Below the pieces are notes generated by a model. It did not search any database, was not told the origin of the DNA, and was given only the letters and a program-made list of their open reading frames with translations. From NCBI GenBank assembly GCA_049999805.1, contig JBNGIO010006162.1, positions 103,827 through 167,826 on the forward strand: 64,000 nt of DNA, read 5' to 3'. The position numbers and the translations under genes are program-made. The stretch comes from Folioceros fuciformis (taxonomy: Eukaryota). This document shows, one piece after another, positions 36,503 through 49,100 of this stretch (within the stretch, counting starts at the first letter, position 1; the number at the start of each line of letters is the position of its first letter).

Positions 36503-37198
36503 ATGGAAGGGTACTCTAGCTTGTTGACTCAGTTGTCTCATTTTAAACGAGAGCTTGACGGAATTAATCGCGAGCTGGAGGAGGAGATAAGGAGGACTGG
36601 AACACTAGACTTCGAGCACAGTCACCTACGTGAAATTGAGAAGGAGGCAACAGCAGACCGAGCAGATTCGATCTGCACTCTCGTCCGCAAAGATGGACCA
36701 TTGAACGATCTCTCAGCGAGGCTGCAAGCTATGAAGGAGCAAAACCAGCTTGCTGAAACAAGAGTCAGTGCGAAAGAGACAAGGAAAGGTGACATTCGCT
36801 CCAAGATTGACCAGGACCGAGATGCATTCGTGGCAGGGTGCAAGACCTTTAACCATGTTCACGAACACCTGGGACAAACGTCGATTCGGCCGCTGAAGCA
36901 GAATCTGCTGGACCACATCTCGAAACTAAAGAAAGATGTAGCCGCTGAGGGGCTTTCGCAACCCCAGTCCAGCGACATTGAGGTTGCACTAGGGCTGCAA
37001 GGTGAAAGTCACATAAATTTGAAGCGTCAAGCTGACGAGCAACAGGATGAGGAGATTCAGAAGCTGCGCAGAGAGCTTCTAATATGCTCGGAGGTCCAGG
37101 AAGAGCTGCAGAATTGCAGCCAAGGCATGCGATTGGAGTTATTCCGTCTTGGTGAAGGAATCTTGAAGCCTACTGCCTTAGGTGGAGTATCAACCTGA
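36503..37198 (+). CDS. Hypothetical coiled-coil protein (231 aa, single exon)
   Basis: Uninterrupted ATG-TGA ORF rich in L/E/Q/R with heptad-like patterning; family not recognised. Confidence 0.6.
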   Translation: MEGYSSLLTQLSHFKRELDGINRELEEEIRRTGTLDFEHSHLREIEKEATADRADSICTLVRKDGPLNDLSARLQAMKEQNQLAETRVSAKETRKGDIRSKIDQDRDAFVAGCKTFNHVHEHLGQTSIRPLKQNLLDHISKLKKDVAAEGLSQPQSSDIEVALGLQGESHINLKRQADEQQDEEIQKLRRELLICSEVQEELQNCSQGMRLELFRLGEGILKPTALGGVST

Positions 37199-37583
37199 GA
37201 TGCATTTCCTGTAAACAATTGTTTTGGAATGAGCCTTGGAGGAAACATCTCTACCTTTGCTCCCTCGCTTCAACTTAGACTTCCAGCGTGCTCCTTCAAT
37301 TAGAAGAGGTGATTCAGACACTACGACAGGAAAACGGTGTCTAGATGATGTATAGTGGTAATAGGGCGCGTTTCTTCACCCTTGCATGCTGTATGCTATT
37401 GGTATTATCAAGGGTAAGAGGAAAATAAACCCCGTTGATATCGGTAAGCTTGGAACGGAATTTGTCAATTGAAGGCCGACGTTTATTTCCTTTGGCAGGT
37501 TATAAGACGCTAAGTATGTAGGTATATGTCTCCGTCCCAGGGTCCATCCGTATTGAGCAAGAAGGTCTGGTAGTGACGCGCAG

Positions 37584-38326
37584 ATGGCAGCTCAGGGGGA
37601 GACAGAGGAGCTGCCCCGAGCGAATGTGAAGAGAGTAGTGAAATCTAAGCTGTCAGATTTGTCCAGTGCTCACTACGATGATGATCGAAGGTACAAGGAG
37701 GTGGTGGTGAACAAGGAGGCTCTCGTTGCTTTTGCTGAGAGTGCGAAGATCTTCATCCACTACATCTCTGCTACGTGAGTCACTCTGGAGGCTTTGTGTT
37801 GGGGTTTTCACTTGTATGTGCAAGGGGCATCCGGTGTGGTGGGAAAAGATACGTGAGTGAATGGTGCGTGCTTGGGGATGTGTCCAATTTTGCCTTCGCC
37901 AATGCTTGGAGCAGGGCCAACGACATTTGTCGCGAGTCTAAGCGCCTCACGATCAACGCGGATGATGTTTTGAAAGCTGTGGAAGAGATTGACTTTGCTG
38001 AATTCTTGGAGCCCCTGAGAGCTACGCTCAAAGGTAATTCTGGTCTCAGCGCCCTCATCTTGTCCGTGTTTTCCACCTCGTAGTTGCTTGGCACACAGTG
38101 GTTGATTAGGTTGCGGTTCTCTACTGGCCTCCTGCCTCTTGCAGGTTATCGACAAGAAAATGAATCGAAGAAGTCGGAGACTAAGAAAAAGGCTCCTTCA
38201 ACAGGCAAGAAGAGGAAAGTGAGTCCCGTGGAGAAAAGCAAACAGGCCGTGGATGTGCGCCTGGACAGCGCGGACAAGGTTGTAGAGGGAAGTCAGAGTG
38301 TCGACGAAGAGATGAGTCCGTCATGA
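37584..38326 (+). CDS. DPB4: Histone-fold protein DPB4/POLE3 (DNA polymerase epsilon subunit; NF-YB11-like), 3 exons
   Basis: EELPRANVKRVVKSKL...VNKEALVAFAESAKIFIHYISAT|ANDICRESKRLTINADDVLKAVEEIDFAEFLEPLR, followed by a K-rich tail. Confidence 0.88.
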
Positions 38327-38589
38327 AGGTACAAACACTATGCGGCAATCAACCACGGGAATCGAATAGAGACTGCGACTGAGAGATCATTGTCACAGTT
38401 GCTTGTACAGTAGGACCAGCTGGCTCCGGGTCTCGTTGTCGTCAAATACAAGCGTTACAGAGTACTGTTTTTTGCGTTTCGAGAGAACGTTTCTGGGATA
38501 TTACTGGGGTTTTCCTTTTAATTCCTTTTGTCCTTCACAACTGTACATAAGTCTCTCGACAAAATTCCTGTACACCAGTGCGTCTCTTC

Positions 38590-41500
38590 AAAACCTACGG
38601 CGAGTCCTCGGAGTCGAAGTCGAAGACCGAAGAATCTGCGACAAGACAATTTTTAGGTCAGCCGTTCCAGTTGCAAAGAAAGGGTACCCGCGGGATATTA
38701 GTACCAGCAACTCCGTTTTGACAACATGCCCCTCCAATCTGCTCTGTATTAAGGAAGACTACCCAGTACTTACCCTGCATTCCGTCACTCATGACCCGAG
38801 GGAACGAACATGAGAACCTGGGTTGGGCAAACTTTTGCAGTTTCGCGGATATTACCCTCTGCTGTCCCCCGGCAACCAAATTGGAAGTCTCCTCGGGAAC
38901 ACCCACTGGCCTGTCAGGACTGCAGACACCTATTCGCTTGCGGCGAATCTGTACATAGGTATCTTGAGTGCGGTAGCCCCGTAACTCTTGCCGCCTGATC
39001 CTGTTTCTGACTGTTCGGGTCTTTAATTTAATCATAATCCACCCTTTCTCATCAAGGATCTGACAAACCTTTTGAAACACAACAGGAAATGGGTCTAGGT
39101 ACCTGCGAATTCAAAAACCAATAGATTAGGCTAGTCCGATGGTGCAATCCAACTTAGAAGCAACAAAGATACATATGAGTACAGCACAAGACCTACCTCT
39201 CGAAGAAAGTTTGCAGGTACGATTTCTTAGTCTTGGGTACCCCCCTACGGGAGCTCAAAAATATCCTCTCCATGAGAGAGGAAATCTCAACCCCCAGATC
39301 ATGAATTTCTCGGTCACTAAAGAGGCCTTGAGAAACTACAGAGTGCAGCTGCCTCTGTATCTCCAACTCATGCCTGAACCAATGAATTGAAGTCCAAGGA
39401 TCAATATGTGGTGCAAGCATCAAATGTCCTCCGACAATGAAAACTTAATTGAGGTAAGTCTTTCGTTTTGCGACACCAGAGCCACCGTTACGCCTCACTC
39501 CTATCTAAATGTTCGACACAAAAGCGAGAAAAATGAAGACCTGCTAAGACTTTCGTCGGGTTTACACTCGGAATGGCACTCCATGCGTTGAGAAGACCTC
39601 CAAGAAGCTGCAGGTGCAACAGTTGAACTGTTGAGGCCCAAAGTCGATTAAAAGTTAAATGCCTTCGCACCCCCGGTTAGAAGATTAACACTGGTAATCA
39701 GCAACAGTACTTACAAGCTCTATTGCATATTGGCTTCACACCCGAGTTAGAAAGTTGAATACTACTCACAAACAACGTCCACAGTGGTTGTGGGACAGTC
39801 TTGTTGTTGCTTGACCAGATCAGGTTCCTGAGTGCCAGGTACCACGATATCAGCTTCCAAGCGCCATTCGCTGTCTTCTGGATGTGCTTGCTGAGGTGTA
39901 CCACTTTCGATTGACTTCCCGTGATTACCAGGGTTCGAGTAAGCATCAGGGGGAAATCTAGGTCCTTCTGAGCTCAGTCCAATCGAGTGACTTCCACCAT
40001 GCCAGGGAACATGATTTTTTGAGAGGAGGTCCACACTCTCATGCTCCAAACTTGCTAATAAGTCCTGGGCATCCCGTGCAGTCGATCCAACAGATTTCGA
40101 CATATTCAGCTCCGGTGTACCTCGAGCATATGAGATTTTCTTTTCAGCTTTTTCTGAGTTCACTGACTCTAGTACAAAGTCGCTTGTTTCTGGTCCTACC
40201 CCAAATGCAAGAGCAGCCAACACCCCATCAAGAACCTGGGAACTCAACTCCAAAGACTGCGCCTCTTCCAGATCACCCTGGCCATCCTGCAAATCGCTGG
40301 TCAGCACGCCATCCAATGGCACATCCACATGTTTGCAACCATTTTCAAGAGGATCTGTCGTCAAGTTGACGAGCTTCACCTCTGTAGTTGACCGGATATC
40401 TGGCTTCATGTTTCGGTCCTCCTTGATGCCGAAGCAGGATGTCACTGGTTTCAAGTTGGGTGAATTCAATACGGTGTCCAGCAAGGCACCTTGATCACTT
40501 GTGATGATCGACAAAGTAGCGCAGTGAACTGTTAACGGCTCCATCAGTGCCGCATACGTTGATCCATACTGGGAAAATTGCACCACAGCCACGGCACGCG
40601 CGCGAGCCAAGTGCAGAAGAAACATCTGCCAAGATGGTTTGCTGGCTTCAAACTCACAGCGATCTTGCTGCAGCAGCTGGAAACATGCAATTTCGGGCAA
40701 TTCACGGTCTTTTTCAACCATAACTGCTTCAGTTTTGGAGCATGCCCACATCAAAAAGGTGTCGCAGTCCCTAAGCCAGTTAGCCAGGGCTTCATGCTTC
40801 GGCAGCAATTTGGTTACCAAGACTGTAGATGCCCCTTCCCCAGGTATTCTCTCAGGGGCATCATGAAATGAACAACACTTTTTGCTGCTCAGTCGCTTAG
40901 ATACCGGCCGTAAAAATGTCAGATCATAGAGCTCGACATGACTAACAGCCTGAGCTTCTGTTTTACCACAGGTGTCAACCTCAACCACGATATCCGCTGA
41001 TGTAAACGTCTCTCTGCAGGGAAGTCGGAGGGCAGGAAATGCTACACAGGGCCACAAAAGGCAGAAAGGAAGTGCGGTGGACCCGGCTATAAGGAGCTCT
41101 AGATCCCAGAAACTCCACTTCAGCTTCGAAAACCTGGTTCGTAAGCTGAGTTGCTGAGGGGAGTGTTCCAAAATCCTGGACCTGTCCACATCCCTAGTGG
41201 CTGGAACATCTCTGCAGTCATCATTATAAGGTTCGGGTACATGGATCCAGCAAAGATGTATGCCTTTCTTTACTAGAGTGCTGGAAACCACCTTGAGTTT
41301 TGGTGAAAGAAATGCTGCCACAGACAACTCTTGGCATCCATTGTGCAATCGAAGCCACGGCGTAAAGAGAACGAGTAAATTAGGTTGCGTCTCCCACGTT
41401 TTCTGTTCCAAACCTGCAACACTAGCCTTCACATACCATGGAAGCTCACTAACAATGCACACAAGAGCTTCCTGGAGGGCATCAGAGGTGGAATCAACCA

Positions 41501-41915
41501 AATGATGCTCCGCTGACATAACCCCGGACTCATCCATCTTGTCCTCCAAGTCAACCTTGCACTCTTCTATTCTGTCCGCTGTGTTAACCTCGGACTCCTC
41601 CATTCTGTCCTCCAGGTCCTCCTCCAGTTCATCCAGCGCAAAGGCAAAAGGATCGTAAAATTGGTCTGGAGTGGAAAACGCCGCATACGCTCCCGGACTC
41701 CCACAAGCTCTTTCCGCCTTCAGCTTGGATTCCTTGGGAGACAAGCTGGAATCAAAAAAATAGAAAGCACAAGTCGGAGGATCCGCCGCGTACTTCTTGC
41801 AGAGCTGCAAAACTTTGTGCATGCAGGTGTGGATATTCGTTGTTTGCCCCGGTGCCAGCCCGTTCATATCCACTGCCGCAACCACGTTGCGGACGTGGTG
41901 CATTGCCCTTGCCAT
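38590..41915 (-). CDS. TICRR: Treslin/TICRR (Sld3)-like replication initiation factor; large first exon 41915 to about 39768, 3' exons and stop uncertain
   Basis: N-terminus RNVVAAVDMN...CAFYFFDSSLSP resembles the Treslin N-terminal AFKFFDS motif; later NLLVLF and GIHLCWIHV. A downstream exon RHELEIQRQL...EISSLMERIF...YLQTFFERY resembles the Sld3/Treslin domain. Confidence 0.6.
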
Positions 41916-42653
41916 ATGTGCGGAATTGTCGATGCGAAACTGTCACCGATTCTGCCTACACAGTTCCGCAGACGCGAACGATGGACCTGTGGCCAGCACC
42001 ATGGTGCGGGCCTGTGCTTCAATCCGCAGTTTTGGCAAGGCACTTCAACTCCTCGCAGCAAACTTAGCAGAAGCACCACTGGCCGAGAGCAACGCCAGGA
42101 GCGGCGAGGAGTAACACATTGCAATCGAACGTTCGCCTCTGACAGATCCACGACTAGCCTGAAGCGGGAACAATACCATTTCATAAAGCTCAGAGAGTTA
42201 CACCGCGTCCAGATGCCATAGTTGGCAGGGAGCTGTCTCGAGAGGAGAGTCGAGGGACAAAAACACTTTCCGCCATGAGGCTTAGGCGTACCCGGCGAAA
42301 CTGGCGAACTTGGCACCACAAGAACAGACGTGACCAAAGTCGTATCCCCTCTTACTGTAGGAAGTGGTTAAAGGACTTTCATACTGTAATAAAGTCTCCG
42401 TACAGTTCCTATTAGAGGGGTGTGGAGCGATTCAAATCTAAAAACAATGTGTAAGTAGTTTTGTGAGTACGTTGGACCAAAATCTCATTCCAAAATCTCA
42501 GGCCCTGCAAGATATCATTGGCATTGCAGGGAGACAACTACACGACAGACCTCTGTGTCGTCGACAAGCTCTGGCGACCAAAAAGTTCTCGCACTGCCGA
42601 GTCATCTGCATTTGCAATGGACATGCGTGGAGCAGGGCCCTTGGCATCACCAT

Positions 42654-45017
42654 CTAGACACCAGCACCAGCAGCTTGCCGACTGGCAAAGCCAATACCCT
42701 TTTCAATGCTGCTCTGCAGCTCAGGCTTCAACGCCTCAAGCGCCTTTTGCTCATAGTCTGTCAGCCCTTGCAAATCGCCGGAGACGAATGCCTCAATTCC
42801 TTTCTTCCCGAGCTTCACTCGAGAAGCGAAGAAAGGAAGCTCGGTAACCTGCATTCACGTTGCGTGCTAGATTCAGCAAACCATATGCCCTTCACCCGCA
42901 GGAAGAAGCGAGCCACAGGGAACAGAAAAATGGCTTACCTCGGACTGGACATATGTGCACTCATAGACATCCTCATCTCCATCAAGAGCTCGGATGCAAG
43001 ATTCCGCGAATCTTGCGGCGGCGTAGGCCTGAATATTGAACCGGATCAACCATCAGAGTCACGACTTCCAAAAAAAAAAGAGCGTTGCTCAAGCTGTGTC
43101 AACGTCTCGTAGAGACGTAAGCTGCAGACATGAGAGCTGCATTTACCATGGATAAAGTTGCAGAGCCTGCCCCAGCCTTTGCCTGCAACAGAAGTGAATT
43201 CATAAGCATCTGTCGAAGGGAAACAAATCTAGCTGGGGTTTAACAATGTCACTAGTCAGCACATCAGAAACAAGCTCACCTCCACAACTTCTGTTCCAGC
43301 GTTCTGGATCTTTACTGTCAACTCTTCAGTCTCTTCTGGGGTGAACTCAACCCTAGGTCTCGTCTTCGATAATAAAGGAAGAATTGTAATGCCGGCATGG
43401 CCGCCAATGACCGGAACGTCAACATCTAGAAGTCTCAGGTTCTTCCTCTGTGCAACAAAAGTGTTGGCTCGCACCACATCAAGAGTTGTGACACCAAAAA
43501 GCTTTCTTGGATCATACGTTCCCTTTGCCTTCAGGACTTCAGCAGCGATGGGGACAGTGGAGTTCACAGGATTGCTGATGATGTTAATCCATGCCTACAA
43601 ACCAAACACCCAAACAATAAATTGTTCAAGAGCACATTAAAATCACCAGAACGATTCAGTTCTCACACAACAAGGTGCCTTACATCGGGGGCATTGTCAG
43701 ATACAGCTTCCACAAGGGTCTTCACAATTCCAGCGTTGATGTTAAAAAGATCGTCTCTTGTCATGCCAGGTTTTCGTGGAACTCCAGCTGGAATCACCAC
43801 AAGATCGACCCCCTTCAATGCATTTCCAAGCTCACTAGGTCCTGTGAATGCAGCAACCTGTGTCCCAGATAGTTACACCACACCGGTAAGACCAAGTTGT
43901 AAAATAAAGAAGCGTAGGTCAACTGCTATATAGTGCAATCAAGAACCTTTCCAGTATACCTGCGCAGGAGTATTACAGTGGCTCAGATCAGCTACCACTC
44001 CGTTCACATTGGCAATATCATACAGGTGGAGGTGAGACACAAGAGGAGACATCTTGATCAGCAGGGAAAGCGGCTGCCCAATGCCTCCGGCTGCTCCAAG
44101 GACTGCTACTTTATAAGCGGCTGCCCTGGCCTGGCCAATGTTCAAGTTCTTCACCACCTTCACCTTCCTCGTACTTTCAACACACGCTTGCAGGGAGAAG
44201 AGGGAATCACCCCCAAAGTGAGAAGCAACGGAAGCCGACAATGGCATGGCCTTGAGACCCGAGAAGGACTGCATCGCAGGCTTCCTTGTAGACTTCAACG
44301 GTCCCACCGACCTGTAAAAAATACAAAACGATCAGACAAGGCCAGAAGTCATATCAAACATCTGTCAGATCCAAGCCCTAAGAAAGAGGAGTCAGACCTC
44401 AGACCACCAAAAAAACCAAAAAAGGGAAGGCGACAGTACAGCTGCTGCCTCTGCTAAACCTAAGCCGCCAAATTGCACAAAAATCTCACGAACCTCCACC
44501 CGCTCAGCTCAACGACCACATCTGTCACCATCACCCAGCAGTACCATCTCCAAGACGTCACATTGCTCTAACCCAAACGCTGATCCACGGTATCCACACA
44601 CAGTTCAGGCCAAATGAGAACACTGCTCAGTCACCCCAAACATTCCAGCTCAAGAACGCTGCTCGCTCGGGAGCAGTACTCGGACATGAACCCCGAAGCT
44701 CATCTCGCCTGTGCAAAACAAACAATTTGATACAGCAATGCGCTTCCCAATTACACAAACCTCGAACGCAGTCAAACTCACGCACAAAAACCTCAGCACA
44801 AAAACAGCTCCGAGATCTGGACCCGCAGGCAGGAAATGTCAAAATTCGCATTCCATGCACACAAGATCGGCCAGCTTAGCTCCTGCCCTCTGCCCTCCAC
44901 CTCTCCCTCCCAACCCCGCTCCTACCTGATGCCAACCGAGTGCGCCATACTGCAGTCCGTGTGGCCTGCCAGCCCGGCAGCTGCTCCCTGAATCGACATG
45001 CTCACGGCCACAGCCAT
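42654..45017 (-). CDS. MDH: Plastid NAD-dependent malate dehydrogenase, 7 exons
   Basis: [106 protein letters not shown]; long S/A-rich transit-like N-terminus from ATG 45017. Confidence 0.93.
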
Positions 45018-45920
45018 CGCTGGATCACTTGCTAGCACACGACACGTTCCGAAGGCGCAGCCTCAAGCTCCTTCAAGCTCTCGCTGAGCAGACGTGAACA
45101 AGCTCGTGCGTGCAGGATCGTACCGATGCTCAGGAAGATGCTAGACTTTCAAGCTGAGAGCACGGAGCCTGTGTCCGAGAGGGAAGGCGGGCGGTAAAAT
45201 CACTGCCTGGCTCGATGATACCTGATTGCAATGCATGATTCCAGAACTTACGATTGGGCGCATGGAATATCTACCAATATTTTACGTTGGTAACTTGCCG
45301 TGGCGGTTGGGAGAGTGCAACCTGAACAGGGAGACGACGGTTCGAAGCTGACAGCCGACCAAAAAGAAAGGTTTCCTCGGGATCGAGGACAGTTGGAGCA
45401 TCTTTGGCGGGCCTGGCTAGGGCCTTGCTGACGTCGCCGGTGGAAACGAAGTATATGCATGTACTGTGCTTCAAGCTTGCTCATTTCCACCTTATGCAGT
45501 TTGCAGTGCTGTGATCAGGTCTGGATTTGTGTGCAGACAGTCTCATTCAGTTTTCTATCAAAGCTGTGTCCAGGGGCTCCAGTCCTTTTGCCTGCACAGC
45601 AACAGACCTTGCCTGTCTACAGGTTCAAGGAGATGCGGACACTGCTCAGACTGCATTTCAGGTTCGGTGCATCAGTTGTTTTTTTTTGTCGTTGCAACAA
45701 CACTATGCAGGTTCTGGGAGCTGGAATGGGAGGATGCGCATGAGAGAGTTCATCTTGCAGTTTCGAATCAGATAAGGGAAGGGAGGACAGGTGTTCACTG
45801 ACCTTCAGTCTATGCTGACATTCAAGGTCCAGGGTTCCTGCTGGTCAGAGTTCGAGGTTGTTGAGCAAGGGCTTGAGTTGCTCGGTCGAGTGCTGTGAGG
45901 TGGATACTTCTGTCAGGAGA

Positions 45921-48389
45921 CTACCAGTAGTCTCCGCAAGAGCACTTCCCGTCCTTGAAGTGGTGGAAACGGTTTGCGTCTCGTGCAATGATTTGCCGTT
46001 TGACAGCCTTTGAGATGAACTTGGTGGCAGTATGGCAGTCCTCACACACACGTAAGTTCTTCATGATGCGGAGTGTTGTTCCTGGAGGGGTGTTGATGAG
46101 CCCGAAAGCAATGGCCAGCTTCTCGCTGTGATGAAAGATGGACTGCTGCTTTTGCTCTTCTTCTATGTCATGCAGCACTAGGCTTGTGTTAGGAACATAT
46201 CCTGCTGACTTGATGTCTGTAATGAGGCTGTCCAGTCTCGCATATATTTGATTGGTTTGCGGGTGTCGTTTATCCTCTGCAATGAACACGTGCACCTGGC
46301 CTTTGAGTTCAATAGAGCTTTGTCCAATTTCCTTCTTCACACCCCGCTCCTTCATCAAGCTCCTGACTCGTGCTTCGTCCTCCCGTCTGCCAGCTGCAGC
46401 GTATACGCTCGCAAGCAGCACAAAAGCTGCACTGTCACCCGGCTCCAGCTCCAGGATGCGCTCGGCTGCATGCGTTGCCAGTTCGACATTTCCATGGATT
46501 CTGCAGGCCCCGAGCAATGCTTTGAACACTACAGCATTGGGTTCACACTGCATCTTAGCTACCAGTTCTTCACTTTCATCCAAACGCCCAGCACGGCCAA
46601 GAACATCCACCAGACAAGCATAGTGCTTTGCTGTTGGGCTGATGTTATGTATCCTCTTCATGTAGTCGAAATAATAGCGAGCTTCATTCACCAAACCCAC
46701 ATGGCTGCAGGCCGTCAGTATGCTCACAAAGGTAACATGATTGATCTCCGCGCCTTTGCGCTGCATCTTTTCGAAGAGCTGGAGAGCATCCCAGCCCAAT
46801 CCATGCTTGGCATATCCGGTGATCATGCTGGTCCAGGAGATCACATTGGGTTTCCTCATACCTTCGAACACTGTTCTGGCATCCTCTATGCTGCCGCTTT
46901 TGGCATACATGTCGATCAGAGAATTAGCAACGAAGACGTCCGATTGAAACCCGAGCTCGATGATGAGCTGGTGAACCTGCTTACCATGCGTCAAGGCAGC
47001 AAGGCTGGCACAGGCATTCAAGACGGATGTAAGAGTATGCTTTCCGGGCTTCACCCCTTCCTGCAGCATTCGCTTGTACAGCATCAGCGCTTCCTGAGGT
47101 TGGTCTTGCTGATTGTATCCAGTTATGATGGAAGTCCAGGCAACCATATCCCGTCGTTGAAGCTCGTTGAACAACCCCCGAGCCTCTTCCATGCTGCCGC
47201 ATTTGGCATACATATGAATCAGTGAGCTGTTGACAAAAGCATCTGCCCCAAAGCCACGCTTGACGAGATCCGCATGGACTTGTCTGCCCTTATCCAGTGC
47301 CTCAAGGCTGGCGCACACACTGATGATACTGGCAAAGGTGACCTCATTCGGCTCCACACCTACCTCTTGCATTTTACGGAACAGCCTAAAAGCCTCCTCT
47401 CCAGGTCCATTTTGTGCATAGCCGGCAATCAGGGCAGACCATGCCACCACATTACGCTCTGACATGTGTGCAAAAACCTGTCGTGCCTCTTCCATCCTCT
47501 TGCACTTGGCATACATCGAGACGAGTGCAGTGCCGACAAACAGGTCAGAGTTGTAACCAGCCCGAACAGCAAGTTCATGCACCCGCTTGCCCCCATCCAG
47601 GTCTGCTAAGCTCCCGTACACGTTCAGAACGGTGACAAGAGTAACCTTGTTCGTCTGCACATTTTCCCTCTCCATCCTACTGAATAGCTTCAGAGCTTCA
47701 ATGTTGTGCCCATGTTGAGCATAGCCGGCAATCATAACTGTCCACGAAACCACATTCCGCATAGCCATCTGGTCAAAAACCTGGCGCGCATCCACCATGC
47801 TCCCACACTTGGCGTACATATGCACAAGAGTATTTGACAAGAACATATCAGGCTTAAACCCGATTTTCGTCATGTGTGCATGAACACGTCTTCCCTCCGC
47901 CAGTGCTTTCCTCTTGATGCAACAATTCAACAGAGAAGCATAGACTGCAGTGTACCGCCTGGCCCCAGTCTCCTTCAAGGTCAGGAGGACGACCATGGCC
48001 TCTTTCAACCGCCCTTCATTGCACAGTCTTGCAACATCCACAGGGAGACGACCAGCTTGCCTAAGTCCCTCCGTGACTTCCCCTTCCTCCTCTTTTGTCC
48101 TCACCACCCTCCTCCTTGGCTTGCCCCGTTGGACACTTCTCCTACCATCTTCCAAGCCACTCCGCCTCGACTCCAGGTCATCCCAAGGCATAGGCATCAT
48201 CACCCCCCTGTAAGACCAAGCATGCTCATCTGTAAGCTTCGGCAGAAATGTCAACATCCCTGCACATCCCCTGGCTGCCAAAGTCACACACCTCTGGGCA
48301 CTACCTCTTTTCCTCCTTCCCCGAACTCCCAGCATCCATATCACCAGGCATAGGAGGTAGCCAGGGCCTCCATCGACCACGTGCTTCAT
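45921..48389 (-). CDS. PLS-class PPR-E-DYW protein, canonical C-to-U RNA editing factor type
   Basis: Regular P-L-S triplets, E1/E2, KKEIGQSSIE (PG-box position), HHSEKLA, RVCEDCH, HHFKDGKCSCGDYW. First ATG of the long ORF is at 48389. Confidence 0.93.
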   Translation of the reverse strand: MKHVVDGGPGYLLCLVIWMLGVRGRRKRGSAQRCVTLAARGCAGMLTFLPKLTDEHAWSYRGVMMPMPWDDLESRRSGLEDGRRSVQRGKPRRRVVRTKEEEGEVTEGLRQAGRLPVDVARLCNEGRLKEAMVVLLTLKETGARRYTAVYASLLNCCIKRKALAEGRRVHAHMTKIGFKPDMFLSNTLVHMYAKCGSMVDARQVFDQMAMRNVVSWTVMIAGYAQHGHNIEALKLFSRMERENVQTNKVTLVTVLNVYGSLADLDGGKRVHELAVRAGYNSDLFVGTALVSMYAKCKRMEEARQVFAHMSERNVVAWSALIAGYAQNGPGEEAFRLFRKMQEVGVEPNEVTFASIISVCASLEALDKGRQVHADLVKRGFGADAFVNSSLIHMYAKCGSMEEARGLFNELQRRDMVAWTSIITGYNQQDQPQEALMLYKRMLQEGVKPGKHTLTSVLNACASLAALTHGKQVHQLIIELGFQSDVFVANSLIDMYAKSGSIEDARTVFEGMRKPNVISWTSMITGYAKHGLGWDALQLFEKMQRKGAEINHVTFVSILTACSHVGLVNEARYYFDYMKRIHNISPTAKHYACLVDVLGRAGRLDESEELVAKMQCEPNAVVFKALLGACRIHGNVELATHAAERILELEPGDSAAFVLLASVYAAAGRREDEARVRSLMKERGVKKEIGQSSIELKGQVHVFIAEDKRHPQTNQIYARLDSLITDIKSAGYVPNTSLVLHDIEEEQKQQSIFHHSEKLAIAFGLINTPPGTTLRIMKNLRVCEDCHTATKFISKAVKRQIIARDANRFHHFKDGKCSCGDYW

Positions 48390-48767
48390 GTTGCTCAATG
48401 GCCACTGCCATCATCCTCATCCTCGACCCACTCCCCCTGCCTGCATTCTGGACAACCCGAATCTCCTTGCATGGACATACCTGCTGCAAGACACCAAACA
48501 AGTAAGCCTTCGTCCACTATCAATCAAGAGGAGCTCACCAACATCTCCAAAACCATCCTGCTTGTTACCATTTGCGGAAAGAGGAGCCCATCCCACTCAA
48601 CTGCTGGGCTTCTGCATTTATCCATGGACGCCACGCAACCAGGCTCCACAACACAACTTCACCCACGCTCACGCAAACACGCAAACAGATCGATGTATGT
48701 ATTTATCTCCTCAGCTCTAAATATGTATGGCATGTGGCACATCGCGCCAACATCCCGATGTAAAAAT

Positions 48768-48922
48768 TCTCTTCTATAGGAAACCACCCTATATTCATCT
48801 GTGGGAAACCACCCTATCTTCTTCTATAGGAAACCAACCTGTCTTCTTCTATAGGAAACCACCCTATCTTCTTCTATAGGAAACCACCCTATCTTCTTTA
48901 GGAAACCACCCTATCTTCTTCA
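48768..48922. repeat. 25-bp minisatellite, about 6 copies
   Basis: CTTCTTCTATAGGAAACCACCCTAT repeated between the divergent PPR-DYW and IMP3 genes. Confidence 0.88.
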
Positions 48923-49100
48923 ATATATGTATGTCGTGCCTACAAATATGTTTCATTAGTTTCAACTACGGGATTCCTCTTCGGGCCTAGGCTGTTGGTT
49001 TTTTACACAGTTTGTCTAGCCAGATTTTCGGTCGTGAGAACATGAGGACTGCGTCGTGATCCTCGCGGGCTGTAGCTCGTAGACTGCTTATTGCGACAAC

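Noticed and set aside
46248-47225. Long + strand ORFs opposite the PPR, F-box and kelch genes (also 18315-19094, 22068-22817, 56666-57505)
   Set aside because: Antisense shadows of real genes with no independent motifs.
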